From NCBI GenBank assembly GCA_905250025.1, contig CAJNOJ010000414.1:14138-63658 (forward strand): DNA of 49,521 bases. Direction: 5' to 3'. Under the pieces are notes generated by a model. It was not told the origin of the DNA. It worked only from the letters and a program-made list of their open reading frames with translations, and searched no databases. Each line of letters begins with the position of its first letter. The stretch's first letter is position 1. Origin of the DNA: Adineta ricciae. Lineage: Eukaryota. The translations under genes were made by a program, and so were the position numbers. Below, one piece after another: positions 12,955-25,971 of this stretch.

Positions 12955-14933
12955 TGACTGAAGTAGCAAAGCATACAACGAAAGAAAATGGTATTGATTT
13001 CTCTAAAAACCAAAAACAAATAGAAATTTGAAAGTATATCTTTCCGGATAAGATTACAATGAAATTTTTCTTAAGGCTATTGGCTCGCTTATAAAGATGG
13101 AGTCTATGATATAAGCGCATTTGTTGAAAATCATCCTGGAGGAAAGCAAATTCTAAAAACTGCCGGCAAAGCTTTAGAAGCATGTTGGAAAATCTTTACT
13201 ATTCATCAAATTGATCATGTTTACGAGATCTTAGAAGAATATCGCATAGGAAATCTTCCACCAGGTATCGTACAACAAGGAATATTTGTTCCTGTTTTCA
13301 GCGTCGAATTTTGTAGGTGAACGCGAAGCAAATGCGAAAGCTCAAGAAGATGTCGTTGATTTATTTCAATATGATCCTGAGCGAATTAATGCGACTGAAA
13401 ACTTTTTCATTCGCTCGGAAAAGCCTTTCAATGCCGAAACAAAGCCTACAGTTCTCGTTTCGTCTTTTCTGACACCAATCGAGAAATTCTACGTTCGAAA
13501 TCATATGCACGTACCATTCGTCAACATTAACGAGTTCAAACTGGAGATTGGCGATGGAACTTCAGCATATACTCTTTCCTACGATGATTTAAAAGATAAA
13601 TACCAATCGCACACAGTTACATCTGCTTTACAATGTGCAGGAAATCGTCGTGCAGCTATGAATAACGATGCCCAAGGTTCTGTACAAGGTACACCGTGGT
13701 ATGTTGGCGCTATTGGCAATGCTCGATGGACAGGTGTGAAATTACGCGACGTCTTGGAATCGTTCGGCCTACTCAACGAGGGAAGACATGTGCAGTTTGT
13801 TGGACTTGATTGTGATACATCACAAAGGTTAACGAAGCTTGTTTAATCGAGAAAATTGCAACGTATGCTTATTTCACTTTTTAGATGTTATGGTGCATCG
13901 ATTCCAATGGAGAAAGCACTCAGTGATGATGTTCTCATTGCATATGAAATGAATGATGAAACTCTAACTAGTGATCATGGATATCCTCTACGTATTGTTG
14001 TCCCGGGCACAGTCGGGGCACGAAGCGTCAAGTGGGTCAATCGAATTATTGTTTCTAACGAGGAATCCGATAGCCATTGGCAAAAGGCTGATTATAAAGT
14101 TCTCCCACCCTCCATCAAGCAACCACAACAAGTCGATTATGATCGTGTACCAGCAATACAAGAATCAAATGTTCAATCAGCGATTTGCTATCCTGCATCG
14201 ACTGAAGATGGGAATAAAGTGAAAATTCTTTCGGTTAAACCGACTGGTGAAGATACTAAAAATCAAACATTATCAATCAAAGGTTACGCAGTCGGTGGAG
14301 GTGGAAGGCAGGTGCAAAACGTACAGATCAGTCTCGATCATGGGTAAGTTAATTACCAGTTTAGAATGACCGAGAGACATAAATGTAAAAGAAACAAGCA
14401 AACACAACGTGGGTAGTAGAAGCGGAAAATAACGATCGTTTTCTTTTCTACTATCTATGGCGCATTAACCTAATAATACCGAGTGTCTAGTTCTAATGAA
14501 GAACAGTATCTATTCGTGTTTGTTATTATCGAGATTTACGCCTTTGAATACATAAGTAGCTGATATTTATACTTATTGTATAGGAAGTTCACGAGACAAG
14601 AACTTGTTTTTGAAAAGAATTTTTAATCATATGTATGTCAAGATTGAGTTCTTATTTTCTTTCTACAGGAAAACTTGGTTGCAAGCTGATCTGGAACAAC
14701 TTGCTCAACCTTATATGCGTGCATGGGCATGGACTCTTTGGTCTACTCACATTCCATTGAAAGATCTCCCTTCGGAGCCTTTCGACATCGTTTGTCGCGC
14801 AATGGACATCCATTCGAATTCGCAACCTGACTCTCCATTAGGTATATGGAATGTTCGCGGAGTGATGAATAACTCCTGGCATAAAATAACTTTAAAAATT
14901 GATGCGAGCTTTTCGAAGAAAGTTACAAACTGA
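12955..14933 (+). CDS. SUOX: Sulfite oxidase (cytochrome b5 heme domain, Moco domain and dimerisation domain); multi-exon.
   Basis: Exon 1 is MTEVAKHTTKEN. Exon 2 encodes the cytochrome b5 fold (YKDGVYDISAFVENHPGGKQIL). The next exons encode the Moco domain (FYVRNHMHVPFVNI..., LQCAGNRRAAMN, GTPWYVGAIGNARWTGVKLRDVL, YPLRIVVPGTVGARSVKWVNRIIV) and the final exon the dimerisation domain (MRAWAWTLWS). Confidence 0.85.
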
Positions 14934-16225
14934 AAATTTTATTAAAATTTGACATAAATTTTAGAATATTTGATGATTGTAGTTTATTTCTGATATTACT
15001 TTGTAATTGTTTATCTATTACATCTAATAAAATCATGTAGATTAATTGATTGTATTCCGTCTATGGCATACAACATAACGAAAATGGAAATATCCTGAAG
15101 ATATTCATAATAAATCTATCTAAGGAATAATCACGAGTATCCAGTAACCTGTAATCGTGAAGAATAGACAAATGCGAGATAAGTTCGACGTTAATAGGCT
15201 TTTCTAATTAAAAAAGTACGCCCCACCATACTGTTGAACTTGCTACTTACGAAGTGTCTCGATTATTATCATTATTGCGATATGTATACAATGTAGGCGG
15301 GAATCATATTCTCCTCGAGAGAGAAATGAAACAGAAGCCTGATTGTTCAGCGTACTCAGATCGCGTGTGCAGATTGAAGACATGCAAAATGAGTGGATTC
15401 TTATTATTTAGTCTTATAAATATGCAATACGGTTCGAAAAAATTGTTTCTATTATATGTTGTTTCATTGAGAATTGTTGTCCTTATATTTTATAAAATAT
15501 AATGACATCAAATCTTGATTCTATTCTCTGAGGAAATGAATGACATTTTTTAAAAGGTGCTTTTAACAATGCACAGGAGTAGAATTCTTAAATCTGGTCA
15601 AGATTTCCAGAGAAAAAAAACAATGTGCGTCGGGAGAATGACAGTTTTGTTTTTCTGTTTTCTTTGATCTCATTTTGGTTGCTCTCTTTAGTGTGTCTCC
15701 GGTGTATCTTATTTAGAAAAAGCATTCCGCTCGATTGTGTTTATTAAAAGAGCTTGATTCTGTCCCCACAGTTCAAAACACAGATGTTTTTCTTAGAACG
15801 CCATTGATGATACATGACAGCAAGTACTTATCTCGTCATTTCGTTAATTATCGGTCGAGTCAAAAGTTTGTTACCTATTTTCTTGCACATCGAGCACGAA
15901 TCATTTTCTGAGTAAGTAGATTAAAGAAAAAGAATATTGTAATGAAGACAGTTTTATCAACTACAAAATCACATAATCTAGATTACCTTTAATTCCGTTA
16001 GATTTTTTTCTCCGTCAATTAACCTCTTCAATATTAACGGGGTTATGAAAGATATCCCAGGTTATAACGAGTGCAAAGCATTATTTTTCTCTCCCTTATT
16101 ATTATTCATAAGAGCATGTTTCACCTTCTCGCCGAGCAACTTGCGTAGTTGCAAACATTTCGTAACTCACTCTCGTAGTTATCAACGATTATCTCGACAT
16201 TTTTAGTTCATCAAAGTATATTCCG

Positions 16226-17380
16226 ATGGCGAATCTAACATCAATGACTTCTAATTACACCTCTCTATTATCAACTGAATCCAATCCTATCCAATTCTTC
16301 TTTACACACATCTACTTGCTGTTATTAGTAATTGCCGGATGTATCGGCAATGGTTTTGTTATTATTATCTTCGGCCAACGAGCCTTACGAACAACAATTG
16401 GAACAACGATGTCCGTATATCCGTTTCTATTCTACATGGCTATATCAGATACGATGTATTTATCGGTATTGTTTTGTTTATGGTTGACAAATTATATCAA
16501 TATTTTACATCGTCCAATCATTTGTCAATCAAGTTTATACCTAACGTACGTTTGTAATTTTATCAATGCGTATTATACAGTTGCATTCACGGCTCAACGT
16601 TTATTTGCTGTTACACAGCCGATTCGTGTTTCTTACGTTCTCTCATGGTACCGATCACGTTGTTTAGCTTTATGCATCGTTCTCATTGCCTGTTTGATCT
16701 ATTCGTACATTCCATTCATTGTTGGTATTGTCGGTGGATATTGTTATTCCTACGAAAGATTTCGTAAACTAAATGCGATCATGGATATTATCGACTGTTT
16801 GATTGTTTTCCTCATTCCGTATATGATGATTATAACCATGAATGCAATCATCTTGATATCACTACGACGAATGAGAAATAACCAGCATCAACTGTTGTTT
16901 CAAACGAACAACTGTCAATTGAAGAAGTTTCATGTTTTAACACGATGCAAAGCGTCGCGTTCAATGACCAAGTTATTGTTAACTGTCTCGACATCGTATC
17001 TAATTGTTTGCGCACCATATGCGTGTATTCATACATGGCGTCTACTGTCTAATGATGAAAGATTTCAAACGAAATTTTTTAAACAAATGGAACATTATTT
17101 TCATTTGATTTATCACATTTCATTTGCGATGAATTTTTATATTTACATTTTTTTCGGTTCAAAATTCCGACGAGAATTAAGACGATTTTTAATCAAATGT
17201 CAAATTAAAATGTCGCATTATTTTGAGACGATTAACGTTTATGATAATGATACGTCGATCAATCCGACTAATTCATTGAACTATGAACAATTTCAGCTGA
17301 TCCGTCATCCAACAACATCATCAATACGTACGACAGGTAGTTTTACAATCGGATACCGATGGAAACAGCCACAACTATAA
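16226..17380 (+). CDS. Orphan rhodopsin-like 7TM receptor (GPCR), single exon, 384 aa.
   Basis: This is an uninterrupted ORF with N-terminal N-glycosylation sites (NLT, NYT) and seven hydrophobic segments. It has a divergent AQR in place of DRY after TM3 and NFYIY in place of NPxxY in TM7. Several Cys residues are placed for a loop disulfide. Confidence 0.6.
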   Translation: MANLTSMTSNYTSLLSTESNPIQFFFTHIYLLLLVIAGCIGNGFVIIIFGQRALRTTIGTTMSVYPFLFYMAISDTMYLSVLFCLWLTNYINILHRPIICQSSLYLTYVCNFINAYYTVAFTAQRLFAVTQPIRVSYVLSWYRSRCLALCIVLIACLIYSYIPFIVGIVGGYCYSYERFRKLNAIMDIIDCLIVFLIPYMMIITMNAIILISLRRMRNNQHQLLFQTNNCQLKKFHVLTRCKASRSMTKLLLTVSTSYLIVCAPYACIHTWRLLSNDERFQTKFFKQMEHYFHLIYHISFAMNFYIYIFFGSKFRRELRRFLIKCQIKMSHYFETINVYDNDTSINPTNSLNYEQFQLIRHPTTSSIRTTGSFTIGYRWKQPQL

Positions 17381-17871
17381 CAACAACTCTCTCTTTCCTC
17401 CTTCCTTTCTCGTTGTATTGTATGTCGTTATTGATTCATTGTTCGAATAAAGAAATTCGAAACGCGAAATAAGAAATCTTATCTAATCAGTAGCGATCAT
17501 CGATACCACATGAGCAATACAATTGATGATCGAAGTGGAGAACGAACAGATGCGCTTTTCTACAAATACGCTTTGTAAGTAAGAAAATTTCGTGATAACT
17601 ACGGTATTCAACGAATTACAAAAGCTTCCTTGTATGAGAACCAAACGACGCGAGAGTTTATCTGCTTATCTATTGTATCGAGTTATCTTTTTTTCTTGCT
17701 GCATTTTACACCTACGGGCCAACACTTCTAGCTGATATTTAACTTAAGTTATTCAAACGAATAAGAAAACGACCCGAGTATATCTTCTTATCATCTATCT
17801 ACACAGCTTCAGCGGTGTTGCATTTGTCTTTTATTTGATTTCATTTAGCATCTATTACAAGTTATACGAAG

Positions 17872-19421
17872 ATGTCAGAACCTGCAGTAACTACTCCGCC
17901 AGCAAGTCCAACGCCGAAAGACGATGAAGTGAAGAAAGCAGCGACAACAGCTACGGCTAACGCGAAGAAGTTCGAAGGTGATGGACTTCCATTTCGAGCC
18001 AAATTAATCGGAATGGAAGATTTAACTGTGGATCGAGATGAAAAAATTTGCCTTGATTCGATGTTTAAATTGAAAGCTGTTGTGCGTGCCCGTGGTGAAC
18101 ATAAACAACGAATTCAATTGAACTTAACAATGACGACAGTAAAAGTCATCGATGAGACTACTAAAGTACGTTATTGAAAGAGAAATTAGATCGTTTCCTC
18201 GTGCTAATGTACATTTTTTTAGGCACAAATTGCTTGTCACGAAATTGAACGTATATCGTTTGTCGTAATTGATCCACGTGACACTCGAGCATTTGGATAT
18301 ATTTATAACACATCGGACGACCGTCATCAATTTTGGGCTATTAAAACAGAACGAGCTGCCGCAGCAACAGTACTGGCGTTGAAAGAACTTTTCGAGTTAG
18401 CTTTTGAGAAATATACGAATGACGTCAAACTCAAAGAAAGCGAAAGCAAACCTTCGGTAAGTGGATTACCTACCGTATTTATCATCTTGATTAATTTTTG
18501 TTTAGGAAACAACACCAGATAGTGCTACATCGCCAGTATTGCCACCACCAGTTAATGCAGGCTCGATCATTTCACCTTCAGCGGTAATTATCCTTGTCCG
18601 AATAGTTCAATTTTTCTAATGCCTATATGCTTGAAGGGATCACTTCTGGATGATAATTCAATCTGGGATACAACTCCGAGTCCAACGACACCACCTACTC
18701 AACCTGTTGTTGCTGCTACCGCTGCTGCTAGCAGTGGTCTAGACTTATGGGGTACAAACGACTCCACACCAGCTGTTTCACAGAATCAAACACCAAAAGC
18801 TGAAGAGGTAGGATTGAGAAAACTAGAATTAAATCATTCAAGACTTCGAAAAATTCTTTTCCTCGCAGTATTTCTTATCTTATCACATATCCAATGTGAA
18901 AACAAAGAGAGCTTTGACAAAAGTATTTTTATGCATGTGTCTATATTTAGTCTTTGGACAGCGTTTTTGGTGATCTTTCATTTACAACACCATCAGCACC
19001 ATCAACAGCAACTACTGCTACAAACTCATTACTGGACGCATTTTCTACTCCCATTACAACACCGCAAGCACAACTACCTAATCTATATGGTAATACCTTT
19101 GCTACACCTATTCAACCGAATCCAATAAACACAATGCCGAATTATCTTCAACCACAAACGCAGCAACAACGCCCAATCACACCTACATCAATACTTCTTC
19201 AACCTCAACAATCCCAATTGAGTTCGATGACTCCTTCGCCTATCTCACCGACCCCTCCACCGCCGGTCACAAGTCCATTTGCTGGTCTTGATATTTTAGG
19301 AGGCTTCAATACCGGAGCAACAACTAAAACTACCAAAGAATCATTTTTCCCTTCAGCAGCACCCAAAACAATACAACAAATGCAAATAGAAAAGCAGGTT
19401 AGTCATCGCATACCAAACTAA
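17872..19421 (+). CDS. Disabled (Dab)-like PTB-domain endocytic/signalling adaptor; multi-exon; 3' end approximate.
   Basis: Exons 1-2 encode a PTB/PID domain closely matching DAB1/DAB2: GDGLPFRAKLIGMEDLTVDRDEKICLDSMFKLKAVVRARGEHKQRIQLNLT...IACHEIERISFVVIDPRDTRAFGYIYNTSDDRHQFWAIKTERAAAATVLALKELFELAFE. A long Pro/Thr/Gln-rich low-complexity tail follows, with repeated DLW/DAF/LGGF-type short motifs. Confidence 0.8.
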
Positions 19422-20088
19422 ATCTCGTTCCTAAAATGATCTCCTCTAGCGTAATCCATTTTCCTGAGTAAGTCTCCTCTGCACATCACCTGGAAACTTC
19501 ACATTTGCATGTTTCCCTTTCACAGTTTTCTCACTGTTCTTTTGATTCTCCGTAAATTGGAATCTCATTATTTTGTTTATTTTTAGCCATAATCCAATGA
19601 ATATTTATGACCAAGTCGATTCCTCCAATAGACAATATTTTTCTTTTCATTACATGTCATCGTGTGTATTTAAAAAAAAAGAAATAAATCCAGCGCACAA
19701 TCGTAATAAGCACATAGAAATAAAAAAAAATGTGAATCATATTTTCGTTCTGTCCATATATGAAAGAATATCGCAGGGAATCTTTTTTCATACTAACATG
19801 TGCCCTTCAATGCGGATATCAGTAATCGCGTTAACGTAGCAAAAAACTGATTGTGTTATTTTTCTGTCACATAAACACTACGTTAAGGACGACTGAAACA
19901 TGATGAAAAAATATTCGATTTTCAGGTAAGAAAAAGAAAGAGTATCACGCTTGATTAGCTTTCGGTGTAACAAATCAACAGCACATTGGTCGCGTTACTT
20001 TGTCGCCTACTCTTTTACTGAGTGAAGGCGGAAAACATACATTCAGATTGCAAAACGAGATGATTGTATGTGTTTTTTTAGTTTGTAG

Positions 20089-22372
20089 ATGCAGTGGCAA
20101 ATGAAGAATACGATTTGTGTTCTTTTGTTGATTAGTTCGATTCACTTCGTTTCTTCGCTAAAGAAACGGACAGAGTTTTCTGCACGTGAATTGAGAGAAT
20201 TTGTCATTCTTCTTCATGAAGAGTACGGCGTTGAGTTTACAGAGGAAATCCTATGGAAGGTATACAAAACAAAGCCCGACATCGATGATTTGAACAAATT
20301 GAAAAAGTTTCGAGATCAAGTCGATCCGAAAGATCATGTCGATGTTAATTTATGGAACCAATTGAACAACGATGAGATCAAAAAGATGCCACAAATTAAA
20401 AGCTATGCTGACGAGGCCACTGCAGCACGATGGTTAGAATGGTTCACTCGAATTTCACAACGTTATTCTCAAGTAAGATTAAGAATTGAATGTGGATATA
20501 TCGAAGTTTGCCTTAGATTGCTAGTTTACTTGAATGGAATTATGAAACGAATATTACATCCGAAAATGCGAAACTAATGAGTAATCAGAATCTGCTGATG
20601 TCCCCGTTTCAACGACTGACACTACCGATTGCAAAGAAGTTCTATGCACAACTGAAAAATTCGACAAACGAAGACCTGAAACGTGTTTTGAGTCGATGTG
20701 CACGAGGTACAATAAGTTACGACGATAACGAAGTTAAAGTAACCTCGAAGTTGAGCTCACAGTTAGAATCGATCTTCGGAACGACAACTGTTTGCGAATT
20801 GAATAATACGAAACAATGTCATACGATTGAACCTTATTTAACTGAATTGATGCAAAAAGAGAAAGATTATGACCGTTTGACATGGGCATGGGAAGGATGG
20901 CATGATGCATGCGGAATGAAAGTTCGACCTGTTTACCTGACATACATCGATTTATTGAATAAGAACTGTAAAGCAAATGGTTATAGCGATTTGTCTGTAA
21001 GTAAATCTCTTATACGAATACAGCAACACTGATCTTCTTTCTTTTAGGAAGAATGGATCGAGGACTATGAGATGGGAAATGCTACCGAATTTGAAGGTAT
21101 ATTGGATCAAATTCTCAAAGATATCACACCGTTGTATGAGCAAATTCATGCATATGTTCGCGGTCGTCTATGTGTGATGTATCCAAATAAATTCAATTGT
21201 AATGGACCTATTCCTGGTCATCTGCTCGGTAGATTCTTCTTACTAAGAATATCTTGTATTGTAAAGCTCTTTTTAGGTAACATGTGGGCTCAGAGTTGGG
21301 AATCGCGCTTTGATGATTTTATACCTTATCCAAATGCTCCAATTCCAAATATTACTCAAGTGTTACATGATCAGAAGTTTTCCATTTATCAAATGTATGA
21401 AACGGCTGAACAGTTCTTCACATCTATCGGTCTTTATCCCATGACACCGAAGTTTTGGGCGCGCAGCATGTTCAAAAAGCCGAAAGATCGTGACGTTGTT
21501 TGTCATGCCTCTGCCTTTGATCTCGACTACCATGATGACTATCGCACGAAAATTTGTACGCAAATCAACGACGATTATTTTTATACCATTCATCATGAAA
21601 TGGGCCATATTGAATATTATATGTCCTACGACGAAGCACAACCATTTGTGTACCGTGCTGGAGCAAATTCGGGTTTTCACGAAGCTATCGGCGATACAAT
21701 CGGCATGTTTGCAAGTAAGTTTCGCTTTTAATTGCATATAAAACTTTATCATTTTCTATGCAAACTCAAGCCTCTCCGGCCAATTTAATCAAGCTGGGCT
21801 TTTTCGATGGAAATGCTGTCAATGAACAATTTAAAATAAACTATCTTCTACGTCTAGCATTGCAAAAGGTTGTCTTTCTTCCGTTTGCTTATGCCATGGA
21901 CAAATACCGTTTTGCACTTTTCCGTAATCAAATCAATCGTAATTATGAATTAAATTCCATGTGGTGGGCATTACGTGTCGAATATGGTGGTATCATGGCA
22001 GCTGTACATCGAAATGATGCCGTTCATTTCGATGCTGGGGCGAAATATCATATTCCATCGAATGTACCTTATGCAAGGTACTTCATAGCACATATTCTTC
22101 AGTTTCAATTCTATCGTGCACTTTGTCGAATCAAAGGACAAACAAAGGATTTGTACATGTGTGATATTTATGGCAACAAAGAAGTTGGACGAAGATTCAA
22201 AGAAATGCTAGCGATGGGTTCATCAAAATCCTGGTCGGACATTTTAGAACAGTTAACCGGTGAAAGAAAACTTGAGTCCAATGCAGTACTGGACTTCTTC
22301 AAACCATTATACGAATGGTTGAAAATCGAAAATGCAGCTAGAGGTTATCCAGTCGGATGGATGCCGAAATAA
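20089..22372 (+). CDS. Angiotensin-converting enzyme-like peptidyl-dipeptidase (M2 family), single catalytic domain, secreted/soluble; multi-exon.
   Basis: There is a signal peptide (MQWQMKNTICVLLLISSIHFVSS). ACE-wide conservation includes WNYETNIT, LTWAWEGWHD, HAYVRGRL, GPIPGHLLGNMWAQSW, VVCHASAFD, the zinc motif HHEMGHIEYY, GANSGFHEAIGD, and C-terminal HIPSNVPYARYF and FQF. I found no C-terminal TM anchor. Confidence 0.88.
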
Positions 22373-22548
22373 GATCATTGTCAACTTTTCCTCCTCATAT
22401 TTTCATATAACTAAATAAATCATTTGCAAGATTTTCAAGATGATTTTTGCAACATCTTTTATTAGATCATGTGAGAAAGACCTGTACCACTAAACTAAAC
22501 TAAACTGTCTTTTTGAAAAAAAAGAGCATCACCACCACAAAAATACTA

Positions 22549-22983
<435 letters not shown>

Positions 22984-23059
22984 ATTTATCTGAAAAACAA
23001 ATTAGAGGAGATCTTTATTACTCGTATGTAATTACAATCAAAACGCAAAAAAGATCGAT

Positions 23060-23580
23060 TTAAACAGCAGATTGACGATAATTTTTCGTTTCTAAAATTT
23101 TCACTCCACACATGCCACATATGCCTAATTTGTATGCACAACCTTGGCAATAAGCACTTCCCGGCTGATGAATTGTTGATTTACAGAGTTTACATTTGTT
23201 AAACTTTGTTGTATATGGACTGTATCTATAAGAGTAGAGATGATTAGAATGAAGTTATTGTTCGAAATGCAATATACCGAGAAGATTTGCCTGATAGCAA
23301 TTTGTTTTCATTCAGTCTTTTACCACCACTTTCTATTAAAACGAGAAAACGAGTGAAGGATGAATTTAGAAAAAAAAACGAACTCTCGTACCGACGGTAT
23401 TGCGTGAACCACCTAAAATATGAAAATCATCAATGATTAATAGTTATGACAGTTCTCCAACATACTTTTCCAAACGTCTTGAGTGGCGACACGACCAACT
23501 TTCTTTTGACCTAAATCAATATTTCGTCTTTATTTCAGGCAAATAAGCCGAAGGAAATACTTACATGCGTCACAAACCAT
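23060..23580 (-). CDS. CRIPT: CRIPT (cysteine-rich PDZ-binding protein); about 4-5 short exons.
   Basis: Minus-strand exons read MVCDAC / QKKVGRVATQDVWK / ...ESGGKRLNENKLLSGKS... / RYSPYTTKFNKCKLCKSTIHQPGSAYCQGCAYKLGICGMCGVKILETKNYRQSAV-stop. The C-terminal -QxSV is PDZ-binding, and the sequence is collinear with vertebrate CRIPT. Confidence 0.8.
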
Positions 23581-23919
23581 GATTGTTATTAGGTAAACGA
23601 AATGAAATGAAACGACGATATTATATTCACTCTTCTCTTATGTACAAAACTCAACCAATAGTTGCCAGAAACAACCCGCGTCCTCTTTTGAACATAGATG
23701 GAGCTTGTTCTTGTCATGCATATGTATCTCACCGATCGATACATTGGAATTGGAAAACGTGTTGATGATCATTGCAGAGATGCATTATATACGAGAAACG
23801 AAAAAGAAAATATTTTTTTATTCTATATATGTATACGCAATAAGAATAACCAACAACATATGGAATAAATGAAGACAAAAGTATGTATAAAAGGGAAAGA
23901 AAGTTTCGCTAATAACATT

Positions 23920-25802
23920 TCATGTGTTTGCTGTTGAAGGTGGTGTTGGTACTTTATCTTGTGGTTGTTGATCAAGTGATAGAGCATCGAAATTAAGATT
24001 GTTTGCTTCCGTTTCATTTATTACCCCATCTGGATTACTTTTCTCGTTCGGATTCGTATTTTCATCTTCATCAGGTAAAAATTTTATTTGTTCACGCGGT
24101 GCCAATGTGTCCGCATCGGGTGGATATGGCCATTGATTAGCACGACGCGTTGATGGATTTTTAACACAAGCAAGACCTTGAAACACACGAACATTATCAA
24201 GAAATTCCTTGGGAATCTTCGGTGTTGGTCTAAAATAAGATATCCATGTTGACTTCATTCTTTGTTGATTTGTTTTTACTACCTGGCGATCGATTTCGTC
24301 CATTGTTTAGGCATATCTGACAAGAGTTTACGTGATGTTATTGGAATAGGTACACTCGACAGAGAACTCAATGGATCGTTGAGATCCCCTACTTTTGGAT
24401 CAATTGGCTGAAATAGAAATATATTCAAATGTAATACACATCGAGATCTAATGCAGAATGAATACTACGTACTGGATTGGCAAATTGTGTCTCAACCGAT
24501 TGATAGTTAAAACAACATTGTGGATCATTTTTATATAATAGATGTATAGTACCTAAAAATCAAACTCTCCAAACTATCGAGAATTTCAAGATGTCATTTA
24601 CCTGTTGAATGACCGAATGCTGTACAATGCATACTAGTTGAAACACTAAATGTTGTTATAATACCAGCAGGATTAGTTGTTAAATTAATGATTGGTGAAT
24701 AGGTATGAGTTAAACCACCTGTTAAATCAACTTGTGTATGGTGTCCATACTAGAAAATGGAGTTTTAGGATGAAATATTGCTAGAAATCATCGTTACTTG
24801 AGAGGCAACCATAACCGATGTACTTGTCATTGTATGATAATGAAGAAAACACGGATCGATATAAACCGGTACCGGCGCTAATTGTTGCATGTTTCGTAGA
24901 TCGTAAACAACAAGAAATCGATCGAGATTCATATGATCCATTCTAGAACAAACACGAAGATTTCTAGAACAAATTGATATTTTCGATGTGTAAGATTTAC
25001 TTTCGCGTAAAACCACACGTAACTAAGTACATATTATTGATATCTAAATCAGACAAACTTCCATGATGAGGTGTAAAACGTTGGATAACTTGAAGTGAAT
25101 TCGGATCGCGTAGGTTCACGACACCGTTTGTTGAACCAGTTGCAATGAAATTTCGCGTACAATATTTCAATATGATACAATCACCCTCATCGACTGTCAC
25201 CTACGAAACATCATCCAAAAAGCAAGTGTAATTTTCGTATTAATTCACATGATTACCTGACGAAGCAATGTTCGTTTATCAAAATCCATTTCACATAATT
25301 GTCCATTATAACCACCGACATAGATTTTCTTCTGTTTATGAGATTGTGGTATTAACATACACTGCATATTGTCAAGATAAGGAGCTCTAAAAGACACATC
25401 AATCCAACAAGTTGATATATCGCGAATCTCTACCTATGAGTGAAGACATTTAAACCTTGTCTTGTATACAATGAAAGTGAATCGGATGCGAGTATGAGCG
25501 GTCCTTGGGCAATCGATAATATACTTCGAATGTCGGAAGTTGTCGAAACACGAAAGCCGGTATGTTTTCGGAGTTCACAACCATAAAATGATGCCACACG
25601 TCCCTAATTGGACTTCAAAAGACAATTTCTCGAGAACATCATCAATCCTTACCTCATTACTGCCCGCCCAGAGTAACTCTTGAGTACTATCAAATTCTGT
25701 CGCTGTTATCGATTGTGCACTTGTTTGATTGTATGCACTATTAAAAAATGCCATGGATTCTGAATAATCCAATGCATATGGGGTGTCACCAGAGCCATCC
25801 AT
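23920..25802 (-). CDS. PAN2-like protein comprising only the N-terminal WD40 domain and linker; the UCH-like and DEDD exonuclease domains are absent at this locus. Multi-exon.
   Basis: The N-terminal exons align to the PAN2 WD40 propeller: TEFDSTQELLWAGSNE matches human HFDLHEEMLWVGSHGG; NFIATGSTNGVVNLRDPNSLQVIQRFTPHHGSLSDLDINNMYLVTCGF matches FFFCGHTSGKVSLRDLRTFKVEHEFDAFSGSLSDFDVHGNLLAACGF; VYDLRNMQQLAPVPVYIDPCFL matches VYDLRMMRAITPLQVHVDPAFL. The last exon runs into a stop at 23920. That stop lies only about 340 bp from the CRIPT start, so there is no room for catalytic domains. Confidence 0.65.
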
Positions 25803-25971
25803 ATCTGAAATTTTCTTCTATCAAAATGCGATTGATAAACAAGATGAACGGAAAAGTACATCGGGTAATCTGACTTTGAAAAAAAAAGAGAATGATGATA
25901 TTTACAATCATCACAAGACGAAAACAACAAGAATAACGACAAAAGTCTATTAGACGTTTTCTTCAAACAAG

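Noticed and set aside
18619-19128. ORF with a His/Gln-rich stretch (HHQHHQQQ) overlapping the Dab tail.
   Set aside because: It partly reads through a Dab intron. The real coding frame is the P/T/Q-rich tail (ORF 18954-19421). It is not a separate gene.
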